A stretch of DNA of 64,000 nucleotides from Candidatus Anstonellales archaeon. Lineage in GTDB: Archaea; Micrarchaeota; Micrarchaeia; Anstonellales; J096. This document shows, piece by piece, positions 9,272 through 18,324 of this stretch. The stretch covers positions 1 through 64,000 of the forward strand of contig JAWAFD010000003.1 of assembly GCA_038890745.1 (NCBI GenBank), in the 5' to 3' direction. Position numbers and translations under genes: made by a program. The stretch's first letter is position 1. Each line of letters starts with the position of its first letter. The notes under the pieces are model-generated. The model was not told the DNA's origin, searched no databases, and saw nothing but the letters and a program-made list of their open reading frames with translations.

Positions 9272-10426
9272 ATGGACGATATAGCAGTAATCGGTTTTCT
9301 TTTAGCAATATCCGTTGGTTTTATTGCTTCGCTGCTTTCCAAAAGCGCCAAGCTTCCTTATGTTCCGATGCTGCTTATAGTTGCGGCTCTTATGGGCCCT
9401 TATGGAATGGAAATTGTTGATGAAAAAAGCATAGATATTTTCGCTTCCATAGGCGCGGTTCTTCTTCTCTATGTTATAGGTTTGGAGATGCGCACCGAGG
9501 AGCTCGGAAAACTTGGTTTGATCTCATTTGTTTTTGCAATACTAAAAATATTCTTGGTTGCGTTTTTTGTGGCTCTTGTAGCCTTATACTTTGAAATCCC
9601 TCTTATAAACGCCGTTCTCTTAGGGTTTACGCTTGCTATTACCAGCACCGCAATATTCGCACGCGCTATCAAGGATTTTAAGTTGTCTGATAAAAAGGAA
9701 TCAAAAATAATATACACGGAGCTTGTTTGGGAGGACGTATTTGCAGTTATTTTTATAGCTGCAATCTCATCTTCAACCGAAATATCCGGCGGCGCATTAT
9801 TTATGCCCATTTTAAACACAATTTTTTTCGGCATACTCATACTGCTTATGAACTTTTTTATATTGGGGATAGTTGAACTCATTCCGAAAGATGATGAGCT
9901 TTATTTTCTCTTCTACCTTTCCTTCTCCGGGCTAATCCTCCTTCTCGGCCTGCTGTTTTCTGTTCCGCCCAGCGTCGCCGCATTCTTCGCAGGCGTAACC
10001 TCTTCAACCCACAAGCAGGTTAAGGGTGTCAGGGAGAAAATAGAGTTTTTCACATCTCTTTTTGTGATGATGTTTTTCCTTTCCTTAGGCATGAAGGCAA
10101 ATTTTCTGGCCCTGCTGGACCCCGGTCTGCTTCTTACGACTTTTGTTTTCCTCATTCTGAGCATCGTTGCAAAAATGACCGTTTCTTCTGCTTCGCTTAT
10201 TTTCTTTAAAACAAAGGTTGAAACCGCAGCGCTCATGGGAATTCTTATGGTCTCAACCGGAGAGTTCTCCATGCTCATTGCTGTTTCAATTTCTAATATG
10301 TTTTCTTTTGATATAGTCACTATAACAACTGCGATCGTATTTCTCTCATCCATCCTTACATGGTTTTTGGCAAAGCATACTGCCGCCTATACAAAGATAC
10401 TTTCGCATTTTTTTAAGGTAAAATAG
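9272..10426 (+). CDS. Cation:proton antiporter, CPA2/KefB-type membrane domain
   Basis: ~12 hydrophobic segments; IGLE, TSTAI, WED and GEFS motifs. Confidence 0.85.
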   Translation: MDDIAVIGFLLAISVGFIASLLSKSAKLPYVPMLLIVAALMGPYGMEIVDEKSIDIFASIGAVLLLYVIGLEMRTEELGKLGLISFVFAILKIFLVAFFVALVALYFEIPLINAVLLGFTLAITSTAIFARAIKDFKLSDKKESKIIYTELVWEDVFAVIFIAAISSSTEISGGALFMPILNTIFFGILILLMNFFILGIVELIPKDDELYFLFYLSFSGLILLLGLLFSVPPSVAAFFAGVTSSTHKQVKGVREKIEFFTSLFVMMFFLSLGMKANFLALLDPGLLLTTFVFLILSIVAKMTVSSASLIFFKTKVETAALMGILMVSTGEFSMLIAVSISNMFSFDIVTITTAIVFLSSILTWFLAKHTAAYTKILSHFFKVK

Positions 10427-10471
10427 AAATACAAAAATAAATTAAAATAAAAAAGAAAGGCGAACGTAGAA

Positions 10472-10765
10472 TTACTTTGCCAGGGTAATCTCTATGGACG
10501 AAACCTTGGAGGGTTTTCCTTCCTCGCTCGTCAGCTCCTCTGTACCTATCTTTATGTTCTTTATCTTCGCATCTGGCATAAATCTATTTCTCACAACCTC
10601 CACCACGTCCACAGCCCTGGAGATCAGTTTTCCCCTAGCTTTCACTGTTACCTCATTCGCACCGTTGGTAAACTGGGTAACAACTGCCAGGACATAGCCC
10701 ATTAGCCCCTTTTTTCCTACATAGATGGTGTTCTCTTCTCTTTCCTTTTTTTCTGTCTCTGCCAT
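10472..10765 (-). CDS. albA: Chromatin protein Alba
   Basis: [25 protein letters not shown]. Confidence 0.97.
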   Translation of the reverse strand: MAETEKKEREENTIYVGKKGLMGYVLAVVTQFTNGANEVTVKARGKLISRAVDVVEVVRNRFMPDAKIKNIKIGTEELTSEEGKPSKVSSIEITLAK

Positions 10766-10846
10766 ATTTTCACCCCACTTGTTATTTTTTGTGCATTTAG
10801 TTTATCCATTTCCATTTAAAAATGTTTCTTCCACTCCAACTCTGCC

Positions 10847-12562
10847 ATGAAAAAGAAAAGAATAGCGGTAATAGACAGGGAAGTGTGCACAAGGGAAAAA
10901 TGCGGGTATGTATGCATGAATGTTTGTCCAGTTAACAGAATGGGAGAGGAGTGCATAGTTAAAGAGGAAGAAACAAGCTTCCCTCTTATAAACGAGCTTC
11001 TCTGCATAGGGTGCGGGATATGCGTGAAAAAATGTCCTGTGCGGGCGATAACTGTCATCAACCTTGCAAAAGAAAAAGACGACCCGATTTTTCAATACGG
11101 CCCAAATAGCTTCAGGCTCTACGGCCTTCCCCTCCCTAAAAAAGGAGTGGTAGGTATAGTTGGAAGGAACGGAGTTGGAAAATCCACTTCCATAAAGCTT
11201 CTTTCAAAACAGCTAATACCGAATTTTGGCGAGTACTCAAAAAAATACTCCTGGGCAGAGGTTTCCACAAAGCTTTCTCCTGAACTGAAAGAATATTTTT
11301 CATCTACACAAAAAGTTTCTGTAAAACCGCAGAATGTTTTGTCCATAGCGGAGGCTTTCGATGGGAATGTTGAAGAGCTCATAAGAAAAATGGATGAGCG
11401 CGGTGCTTTTGAAAATGCGGTAAAGATTTTCGGGCTTGAAAAAATACTGAAAAGAAAACTAAAGCAGTTGAGCGGAGGGGAACTGCAGAAGGTTGCGCTC
11501 GCTGCTGCTTATGTAAAAGATGCGACCGTTTATTTTTTTGATGAGCCCTCCACCTATTTGGATATAGGGGAGAGGATGAGCATAGGAATTTTTATGAAAA
11601 ATTTTTCTGAAGAAAAAAGCGTTATGCTTGTTGAGCACGACCTAACCATCCTTGATTACATGAGTGATTATGTTTATGTTTTCTACGGAGAGGAGAATGC
11701 GTACGGTGTTGTTTCGAATGTAAAGCCGGTCCGCAGGGGCATAAACGAGTACCTTTCTGGTTTTCTTTCAGATGAGAACATAAGGTTTCGCGACCATGAG
11801 ATAAAAATTTCAAAATACAGCGAGAGCGAGGTTTCTGCACCCACCCTTTTTTCATACGATGAGATCAGGGTTGAGCTTGACGGATTTTCGCTGCATGCTG
11901 AGAAAGGAGAAATAAAAAAAGGAGAGATAATAGGGATTGTTGGAAGGAACGCTCTTGGAAAAACAACATTTGCGAAATCCCTTTCCGCATCAAAAAACAT
12001 TACCATCTCCTACAAACCCCAGTACATAAAAGCAGAGAACGCGGTTGTTAGGGATGTTTTCTCCTCGCGCAAGCTCATCCCAGATATTTTTGAGGAAGCA
12101 AAAAACAAGCTCGGGGTTGGCAGGCTTCTTGAGAAAAATCTTACGGAGCTCAGCGGCGGAGAGCTTCAGAGGGTTGCCATAGTGCTCGCGCTCAGTACAG
12201 AAGCAGACCTTTATCTTTTTGATGAGCCAACAGGATTTTTGGATGTGGAGCAGAGGCTTGCGTTTTCCGAGCTTTTGAGAAAGGTGATAGATGGGCAGAA
12301 GAAAGCGGCTTTTGTTGTGGATCATGATGTTGTTTTTATAGATAGTGTTGCAAGCCGGCTTATTGTTTTTACCGGCGAACCTTCTGTATCCGGTCGCGCT
12401 ACTTCTCCGATGAGTAAAAAAGATGGGATGAACCTCTTCCTTAAAACAATGGGTATCACGATGAGGCGGGACAAGGATACAGGCCGACCCAGGATAAATA
12501 AGCCGGAAAGTGTTCTTGACAGAGAACAGAAACAGAATAACGCTTATTTCTACTCTGAATAA
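10847..12562 (+). CDS. rli1: Ribosome recycling ATPase ABCE1/Rli1
   Basis: N-terminal Fe-S cysteines (CIGCGICVKKCP), two ABC domains with LSGGELQ, C-terminal RPRINK. Confidence 0.95.
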   Translation: MKKKRIAVIDREVCTREKCGYVCMNVCPVNRMGEECIVKEEETSFPLINELLCIGCGICVKKCPVRAITVINLAKEKDDPIFQYGPNSFRLYGLPLPKKGVVGIVGRNGVGKSTSIKLLSKQLIPNFGEYSKKYSWAEVSTKLSPELKEYFSSTQKVSVKPQNVLSIAEAFDGNVEELIRKMDERGAFENAVKIFGLEKILKRKLKQLSGGELQKVALAAAYVKDATVYFFDEPSTYLDIGERMSIGIFMKNFSEEKSVMLVEHDLTILDYMSDYVYVFYGEENAYGVVSNVKPVRRGINEYLSGFLSDENIRFRDHEIKISKYSESEVSAPTLFSYDEIRVELDGFSLHAEKGEIKKGEIIGIVGRNALGKTTFAKSLSASKNITISYKPQYIKAENAVVRDVFSSRKLIPDIFEEAKNKLGVGRLLEKNLTELSGGELQRVAIVLALSTEADLYLFDEPTGFLDVEQRLAFSELLRKVIDGQKKAAFVVDHDVVFIDSVASRLIVFTGEPSVSGRATSPMSKKDGMNLFLKTMGITMRRDKDTGRPRINKPESVLDREQKQNNAYFYSE

Positions 12563-12616
12563 AAAAATTGCAAAAACACCGCACCATTTTTAAATTTTGT
12601 TTTAAATTATAATCGC

Positions 12617-12928
12617 ATGGATCAAACAAGACAAAAAATTAAAATAGCGACGCTTGCTCTCGCGCTCATACTTTTAGTTGGCACACTATTCTATCATTTT
12701 TACGAAGGGTTTACATGGGTGGATGCATTCTATCTTACTGCAATGACAATAACAACAGTTGGGTATGGAGATATCCACCCCACGCATGACCTGAGCAAGA
12801 TTTTCACAGTGTTTCTTGCATTCTCAGGCATAGGTCTTGTTTTCTATTACTTAACCCTCAGCGCAAACTACTATTTAGAAATTGTAGAAAAGAGGTTTGG
12901 GATCAGAAAAGGAGAAATCAGAAAGTAG
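12617..12928 (+). CDS. Minimal 2-TM potassium channel
   Basis: TITTVGYGD selectivity filter between two TM helices. Confidence 0.9.
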   Translation: MDQTRQKIKIATLALALILLVGTLFYHFYEGFTWVDAFYLTAMTITTVGYGDIHPTHDLSKIFTVFLAFSGIGLVFYYLTLSANYYLEIVEKRFGIRKGEIRK

Positions 12929-12929
12929 T

Positions 12930-13496
12930 TTAAACCGAATTTTCTGTTTGATTAAACTGAATTGTGAAAACCTCTGTCTCTCCGGTTTCGTTCACAATTA
13001 CTTTATAATAGTAAGGGGCATTTCCGAGCCATGTTACCTCCCACCCTCCTTGAATTCTGCTCACCGCAGGCTCTGCCCCAAAAGAATCAATAAATCCTTC
13101 CACTATCGGATTTTCCCTCCAGCTTTTTATTATCGCTTCCTCTTCAAAAGCTATGGGCAGGTCATGCACCTCACAGTTTTTCGTAATATGCTCAGGTGGT
13201 TGTGGCTCAAACCCCTGCTTTGGGTAAAGATAGTAAAGATGGATCCTTCTTGGGCATTTTGTATAGTAATCAAAAGTAACCCTTGCAACTATTTCGTAAT
13301 AATTTTCCTTCTCTCTTGTTTCTACAATGCTTATCTTATCAGCATTTGAGTATTTAGCTTTTAAATCCTGCAAAACAAAGTTTTCTGCATCCACCTTTTC
13401 CACTTTTGGCTGCGTGGGCTGCAGGAAAACTATATAAAGAACAAGCAGAGAGAGGATTATAACCGACCCGAACTTTATGATCTCTTCGATTTCCAT
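12930..13496 (-). CDS. Membrane-anchored hypothetical protein
   Basis: MEIEEIIKFGSVIILSLLVLYIVFL N-terminal anchor; start revised from 13559. Confidence 0.7.
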   Translation of the reverse strand: MEIEEIIKFGSVIILSLLVLYIVFLQPTQPKVEKVDAENFVLQDLKAKYSNADKISIVETREKENYYEIVARVTFDYYTKCPRRIHLYYLYPKQGFEPQPPEHITKNCEVHDLPIAFEEEAIIKSWRENPIVEGFIDSFGAEPAVSRIQGGWEVTWLGNAPYYYKVIVNETGETEVFTIQFNQTENSV

Positions 13497-13515
13497 ATGG
13501 TTTTCTTTCTCGGAA

Positions 13516-13529
13516 GAAAGGTTTAAAAA
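13516..13529 (+). promoter_or_regulatory. Probable BRE-TATA promoter of the 16S rRNA gene
   Basis: GAAAGG-TTTAAAAA about 140 nt upstream of the mature 16S. Confidence 0.5.
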
Positions 13530-13597
13530 CACTTCTCGGAAAAAATATACCTTGCTCAAATATACTACATGGATATTCGTATTTCACGAATATGACA

Positions 13598-13640
13598 CAG
13601 GCTTCAAGGGTTTTCAAGAGAAGGTTTCCTGTCAATTCCT
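13598..13640 (+). other. 5' arm of the 16S processing stem (pairs with 16440-16482)
   Basis: CAGGCTTCAAGG/CCTTGAAGCCTG and GAGAAGG/CCTTCTC complementary blocks flank the 16S. Confidence 0.8.
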
Positions 13641-13993
13641 TAATGGTTAATGCAGCGGACAACTGAATTCCAGTTGATCCTGCTGGAGGGTACTGCTATC
13701 GGAATCCGACTAAGGCATGCAAGTCTACGCCTGCACTTGTAGGCGTGGCAGACGGCTGAGTAACACGTGGTCAACCTCCCCTGAAGACCGGAACAACCTC
13801 GGGAAACTGAGGCTAATTCCGGATATGCCATCACTGCTGGAACGCTTGATGGTTGAAAAGGAGGGCGAATTGGAGCCTTTCCGCTTCAGGACGGGACCGC
13901 GGGGGATTAGGTTGTTGGCGGGGTAACGGCCCACCAAGCCGATAATCCCTAGGGGCCATGGGAGTGGGAGCCCCCAGAGGGACACTGAGACAA

Positions 13994-14038
13994 ACGCTGT
14001 TTGTTCAGGTTTTTCGGAAGGGACAAACAGCGGTCCAA
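13994..14038 (+). other. 16S intron 1, 45-nt hairpin intron (about E. coli position 330)
   Basis: Removal restores GACACTGAGACAAGGGTCC; cuts fall after the 2nd nt of the AAA and AAG bulges; CGCTGTTTGT/ACAAACAGCG stem. Confidence 0.88.
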
Positions 14039-14152
14039 GGGTCCCAGCCCTACGGGGTGCAGCAGCCGCGAAACCTCCGCAATGCGCGCAAGCGTGACGG
14101 GGGGATTCCGAGTGGTGTTGGCTCTTGCTAACACCTTTTGCCAAGTGTACAA

Positions 14153-14172
14153 ACACCTGTTCGGTGGTGTAA
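14153..14172 (+). other. 16S intron 2, 20-nt micro-intron in helix 17
   Basis: GTAC/GTGT helix with AAA bulges and CACC/GGTG stem; removal gives CCAAGTGTACAAAGCTTGG, the usual archaeal length. Confidence 0.7.
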
Positions 14173-14598
14173 AGCTTGGCGAATAAGGGTGTGGGCAAGA
14201 CCGGTGGCAGCCGCCGCGGTAACACCGGCGCCTCAAGTGGTACCCACGAATATTGGGTCTAAAGCGCCCGTAGCCGGCCGTGCAAGTCCACTGTGAAATG
14301 TTGGGGCTTAACTCCAACGCGTGCAGTGGATACTGCATGGCTTGGGAGCGGGGGAGGGTAGAGGTACGCCCGGGGTAGCGGTAAAATGCGTTGAGCCTGG
14401 GCGGACCCCCAGTGGCGAAGGCGTCTACCCAAAACGCGTCCGACGGTGAGGGGCGAAAGCTGGGGGAGCGAAGGGGATTAGATACCCCCGTAGTCCCAGC
14501 TGTAAATGATGCCAACTAGATGCGACTGCATCTTTGAGATGCAGTAGCGTCGTAGCGAAGGCGTTAAGTTGGCCACCTGGGGAGTACGATCGCAAGAT

Positions 14599-14641
<43 letters not shown>

Positions 14642-14642
14642 T

Positions 14643-15012
14643 TAACCATAAGGAATATAAACACAACCGACTACAACCATTCATGCCATCTATAAGCGGT
14701 GATGAAGAATCCTTCAAGAAACATTTCCGTATTTTGGCGGAAGAGAGCAACGGATTTAGAAAGTTAAACGCTAAACTACGTTGTAAATAAAAGGATTGTT
14801 ATTGAATGCACACAGGCTACAAATAAAATAAAATAAAAGCAGAGTCTTTGGGTTTCCGTATATCCAAACTAAAAAAAGTTAATCCTAGGATTATCGCAAT
14901 AGCTGTTATTCCTAGAGGGGTAAATAAGGGATTTTTGCGTCGGCTTGAGGATTTTGATCACATCGTTTTTGATGATGAGTTGAGTCGGTTGGAATTCCTT
15001 CTGGTTCCACAG
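14643..15012 (+). other. 16S intron 3, 370 nt (about E. coli position 947)
   Basis: BHB with GTGG/CCAC helix, ATT and AGG bulges, AACCA-AAGGAAT/ATTCCTT-TGGTT terminal stem; removal restores GGGGTGGATGCTACGGTTCAAT. Confidence 0.92.
14683..15012 (+). pseudogene. Frameshifted intron-encoded nuclease remnant related to 15358-16098
   Basis: Fragments NYVVNKRIVIECTQ and KAESLGFRISKLKKVNPRIIAIAVIP...FDHIVFDDELSRLEFL align by eye to the C-terminal half of the intron-5 ORF; two frameshifts. Confidence 0.7.
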
Positions 15013-15150
15013 GCTACGGTTCAATCGGATACAACGCCGAACATCTCACCAGAGGCGACGGCAGAATGAAGGTCAGGCTAAAGACCTTGCCCGACAAGCC
15101 GAGAGGTGTTGCATGGCCATCGTCAGCTCGTGGTGTGAACTGTCCGGTTA

Positions 15151-15195
15151 ACGCTGTTTGTTCAGGTTTTTCGGAGAGGACAAACAGCGGTCGAA
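15151..15195 (+). other. 16S intron 4, 45-nt hairpin intron (about E. coli position 1092), 42/45 identical to intron 1
   Basis: CGGT/GTCG helix with TAA and AAA bulges; removal restores TGTCCGGTTAAGTCCGGCAACGAGCG. Confidence 0.9.
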
Positions 15196-15307
15196 AGTCC
15201 GGCAACGAGCGAGACCCATGCCCTTAGTTGCTAACTCTATCTCCGGATAGGGTGCACTCTAAGGGGACTGCCCGCGTTAAGTGGGAGGAAGGAGTGGGCG
15301 ACGGTAG

Positions 15308-16103
15308 ATAGATGGCCTGGTCCGTAATCTTTTAAACACTAGCTCCGTAAATTTAATATGCCAAAAATGAAAATAACAAAAAGAGAGCTGCTTAATTTAC
15401 TAGAAAAAGTTCATAACATAACCGAAGAAGATCTATCTAATAATCCCAAGTACCTGCTTTTGCTACGATTGAATCTTGGTATGTCTCAAAATGAATTCGA
15501 GAAGTTTCTAGGAATAAGTAAAAATTCATACAAATATGAGACAGGAAAAATAAAACGCATGAGTAAAAGGACAGCAAAAAAATTTTTGGCAAGACTCCCA
15601 AACAGCATAGATAGGAAGAAAGTTATAAAGAGCTATAAACACTTCAAAGCAGAATCTAAAGGTTGGATGATGGTGCATTCTGATTCAGAGCAGGCGCTGA
15701 GAGGAAGACAAAAAGGGGCAATCAATTCGATGAAAAAACGTTGTACTATTCAAGAAAAAGAAATAACAAATTATCTCTTAAAAAAAGCAGTCCCTTTCAA
15801 AAGAAACTACGCACTAAACAATAGATGCGTTGTAGATTTCATAATTGAACATGCAAATGTTATAATCGAATGTAAGCGACTATCTACGCAAAATAGGCGG
15901 GAGCAAACGAAGAAAATACGCGAACTCGCATATCAAGGATACAAAGCTAAGTTTCTTAATCCAAAATTTGCCTTGATTGCACTAATTGAAACACAACTAC
16001 CTTTAACAGCTGCTGATTATGAAGAATTGATGGGTCCATTCAATAAAGTATTTAATCGGATGGACGAACTATTTTCTTTTTTGGACCAGACCATTTAACC
16101 GCA
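15308..16103 (+). mobile_element. 16S intron 5, 796-nt ORF-containing BHB intron (about E. coli position 1197)
   Basis: CGGT/ACCG helix, AGA and CAG bulges, TAGATGG-CTGGTCC/GGACCAG-CCATTTA stem; removal restores GACGGTAGGTCCGTATG. Confidence 0.93.
15358..16098 (+). CDS. Intron-encoded putative homing endonuclease (XRE-type HTH plus PD-(D/E)XK/Vsr-like domain)
   Basis: LRLNLGMSQNEFEKFLGISKNSYKYETG (HTH); TIQEKEI...VVDF...IIECK nuclease motif; no LAGLIDADG. Confidence 0.75.
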   Translation: MPKMKITKRELLNLLEKVHNITEEDLSNNPKYLLLLRLNLGMSQNEFEKFLGISKNSYKYETGKIKRMSKRTAKKFLARLPNSIDRKKVIKSYKHFKAESKGWMMVHSDSEQALRGRQKGAINSMKKRCTIQEKEITNYLLKKAVPFKRNYALNNRCVVDFIIEHANVIIECKRLSTQNRREQTKKIRELAYQGYKAKFLNPKFALIALIETQLPLTAADYEELMGPFNKVFNRMDELFSFLDQTI

Positions 16104-16211
16104 GTCCGTATGGCCCGAATCCTCTGGGCTACACGCGGCATACAATGGGCGGCACAACGGGTTGCCACTCCGAAAGGAGGAGCTAATCCCTGAAAACCGT
16201 CCCTTAGTTCA

Positions 16212-16250
<39 letters not shown>

Positions 16251-16284
16251 CTAGTAATCGCGGGTCACTATCCCGCGGTGAATG

Positions 16285-16316
<32 letters not shown>

Positions 16317-16505
16317 GTCACCCAAGTGTGGTTTCGGTGAGGCCCTCCTTTTTGGGAGGCTCGAACCGGGGCTACGCGAGGGGGGCTAAGTCGTAACAAG
16401 GTATCCGTAGGGGAACCTGCGGATAGATCACCTCCAAAAAGGAAATGCAAGGGGCCCTTCTCTGAATAAACCTTGAAGCCTGCCAAAATTTCTTTTTTTA
16501 TATTC

Positions 16506-17408
16506 TTATGGATACTCAGGACATTTTGGGCAAGTAGTGCAATTCTGCGTGCATTCATAATATTCTAGATGCATGCAGCAGCATGTTTGTTTATTCCCAC
16601 CAAAACTATACTCCCTTTGCAGAACATATAAACACGGAACTTCGCATTCTTTTTCTTTCACACTTTTATTTGCTTTTTGTATGCACTCCTCATCCTTTAG
16701 GTTTGTTCCAACATGTTTTTCATAAGGTGATCTTGCGCATTCCCATTCGCAGTTCACTGGTGTTGTGTCGCATTCATTCCCCTTCCCATCCCTATCTCCA
16801 TCAGCTTGCTTTGGGTTGCTTATGTCTGGGCAGTTATCTACATCTCCGCATACCCCATCCCCATCCTTATCATTTTCTTTATCCAATGGACAGATATCGC
16901 ATTCGTCCCCCAACCCATCCTTATCCATATCGCTCTGGTTTGAATTAGAAACATTCACGCAATTATCTTCCTCATCCCCCACCCCATCCTCATCCATGTC
17001 TCCGCAAACCTGCCCCTCATTCTCGCATCCAGAATAATTCTTTCCTTCTCCAAGAACAATCGTGCATCTTAGGTTTTTGCATTCAAAATGCGTTTTCCCG
17101 CACCAATCAAACTCCTGCTTGCATGTCCCATTCTCACCCTCCCCCTCCACAATCGTGCATCTGTTCTGTATGCATTCAAAATGGTATTTTTTTGGAGGTG
17201 GGGGTTGGCATGGTTTTCCTGGCATTGTGCAGTTCTCAAAATTCTCCCCCGGTCCGCTCACAACTGTGCATTTTTGCTCTATGCATTCATAGTGATAGAC
17301 AGGATAGGTAATATTTCCTGTTTCCTCCCCATTGTTCTTTCCATTTCCGTTCTCCACGCATCCGCTGAAAAAAATAAAAACAAAAATCACAAGTAAAATT
17401 CTTCTCAT
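16506..17408 (-). CDS. Cys-rich surface lipoprotein with thrombospondin type-3 repeats
   Basis: FSGC lipobox-like signal; three HxEC...C modules; DMDEDGVGDEEDNC, DMDKDGLGDECD and DKDGDGVCGDVDNCP repeats. Confidence 0.8.
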   Translation of the reverse strand: MRRILLVIFVFIFFSGCVENGNGKNNGEETGNITYPVYHYECIEQKCTVVSGPGENFENCTMPGKPCQPPPPKKYHFECIQNRCTIVEGEGENGTCKQEFDWCGKTHFECKNLRCTIVLGEGKNYSGCENEGQVCGDMDEDGVGDEEDNCVNVSNSNQSDMDKDGLGDECDICPLDKENDKDGDGVCGDVDNCPDISNPKQADGDRDGKGNECDTTPVNCEWECARSPYEKHVGTNLKDEECIQKANKSVKEKECEVPCLYVLQREYSFGGNKQTCCCMHLEYYECTQNCTTCPKCPEYP

Positions 17409-18322
17409 ACTCCATCAAACCTTTCGACACATATTCTTCTTTCGTACTCTTTAACCCTTTCTAATATTTTTTTCTCATCCGGTATTCCATGATAGGCTGG
17501 CATTTCCACGCAGAAAGAGCTCGCTACGGTCGCAAACATACCGGCTTCTTTAATGCTGTTGGATTCTGCAAACATTATGGCAAAAACAATGGAAAAAACA
17601 TCCCCAGCGCCCGTCTCATCAACATTCTTTGTTGCAAAAGCAGGAAAGAAAATAGTTTCCCCTTTCTCTCTCCAATACACCATGCTTCCCTTCCTTCCGT
17701 AGGTAAGCTCTACGATGCTTGGTCCTGAGTTTGCTATTTTTTTCAAACCTTTTATATGCTCAAAAATCCCATCAACCTTAACTACACTTCCTTCCAGTCC
17801 ACTCAATACATATTCTAGTTCTATATCTGAGATTTTCAGAAGGTCTACGTTCCTTAATATCTCTTTTGCATTTTTCATAGGCTTGTGCTCTATCCTCTTA
17901 CCAATGACAGCATGCCTTACAAACCCTTGAACATCCAAAGAAACTATTTTGGATTTTTTTCTTCCTTCCTTTATTGCATCCATGCTTACCTGATTTTCAA
18001 AAAGAGGGTTGAAGTGGATCAACTCTGATTCAATCCCAACTTTTTCTATTCTGCTGCTTAGGGATACTGGTATCTGAATCCTTTTTTCATCCTTATACAT
18101 TGTCTTTAGTTTTGTGGTTCTGTCCTCCTTGCCTATAACCTTCACCCCATTCTTTTCCATTATGGTACTCCATTTCATCAAGTCTTCTTTCCCTGCCTTT
18201 GTTATGGCTACTACTTTTTTGTTTAATCTTGCTCCTGCTATGCAATTGTAAGTAATTCCTCCAAACCTCTCCTCCTTTCCAAAAATATCCTTACAGACCC
18301 CTCCGACTACCGCCACCCTCAT
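17405..18322 (-). CDS. PfkB-family carbohydrate kinase
   Basis: SLDVQG, LTYGRKGS, VDETGAGDVF. Confidence 0.88.
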   Translation of the reverse strand: MRVAVVGGVCKDIFGKEERFGGITYNCIAGARLNKKVVAITKAGKEDLMKWSTIMEKNGVKVIGKEDRTTKLKTMYKDEKRIQIPVSLSSRIEKVGIESELIHFNPLFENQVSMDAIKEGRKKSKIVSLDVQGFVRHAVIGKRIEHKPMKNAKEILRNVDLLKISDIELEYVLSGLEGSVVKVDGIFEHIKGLKKIANSGPSIVELTYGRKGSMVYWREKGETIFFPAFATKNVDETGAGDVFSIVFAIMFAESNSIKEAGMFATVASSFCVEMPAYHGIPDEKKILERVKEYERRICVERFDGV

Positions 18323-18324
18323 TT

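Noticed and set aside
13984..13991. 16S ACTGAGAC beside intron 1 equals the 8-nt crRNA handle
   Set aside because: This is a conserved 16S sequence and an 8-nt match is uninformative
14643..16103. Group I/II identity for the long introns
   Set aside because: No catalytic core seen, ORFs fill the introns, and the BHB junctions explain splicing
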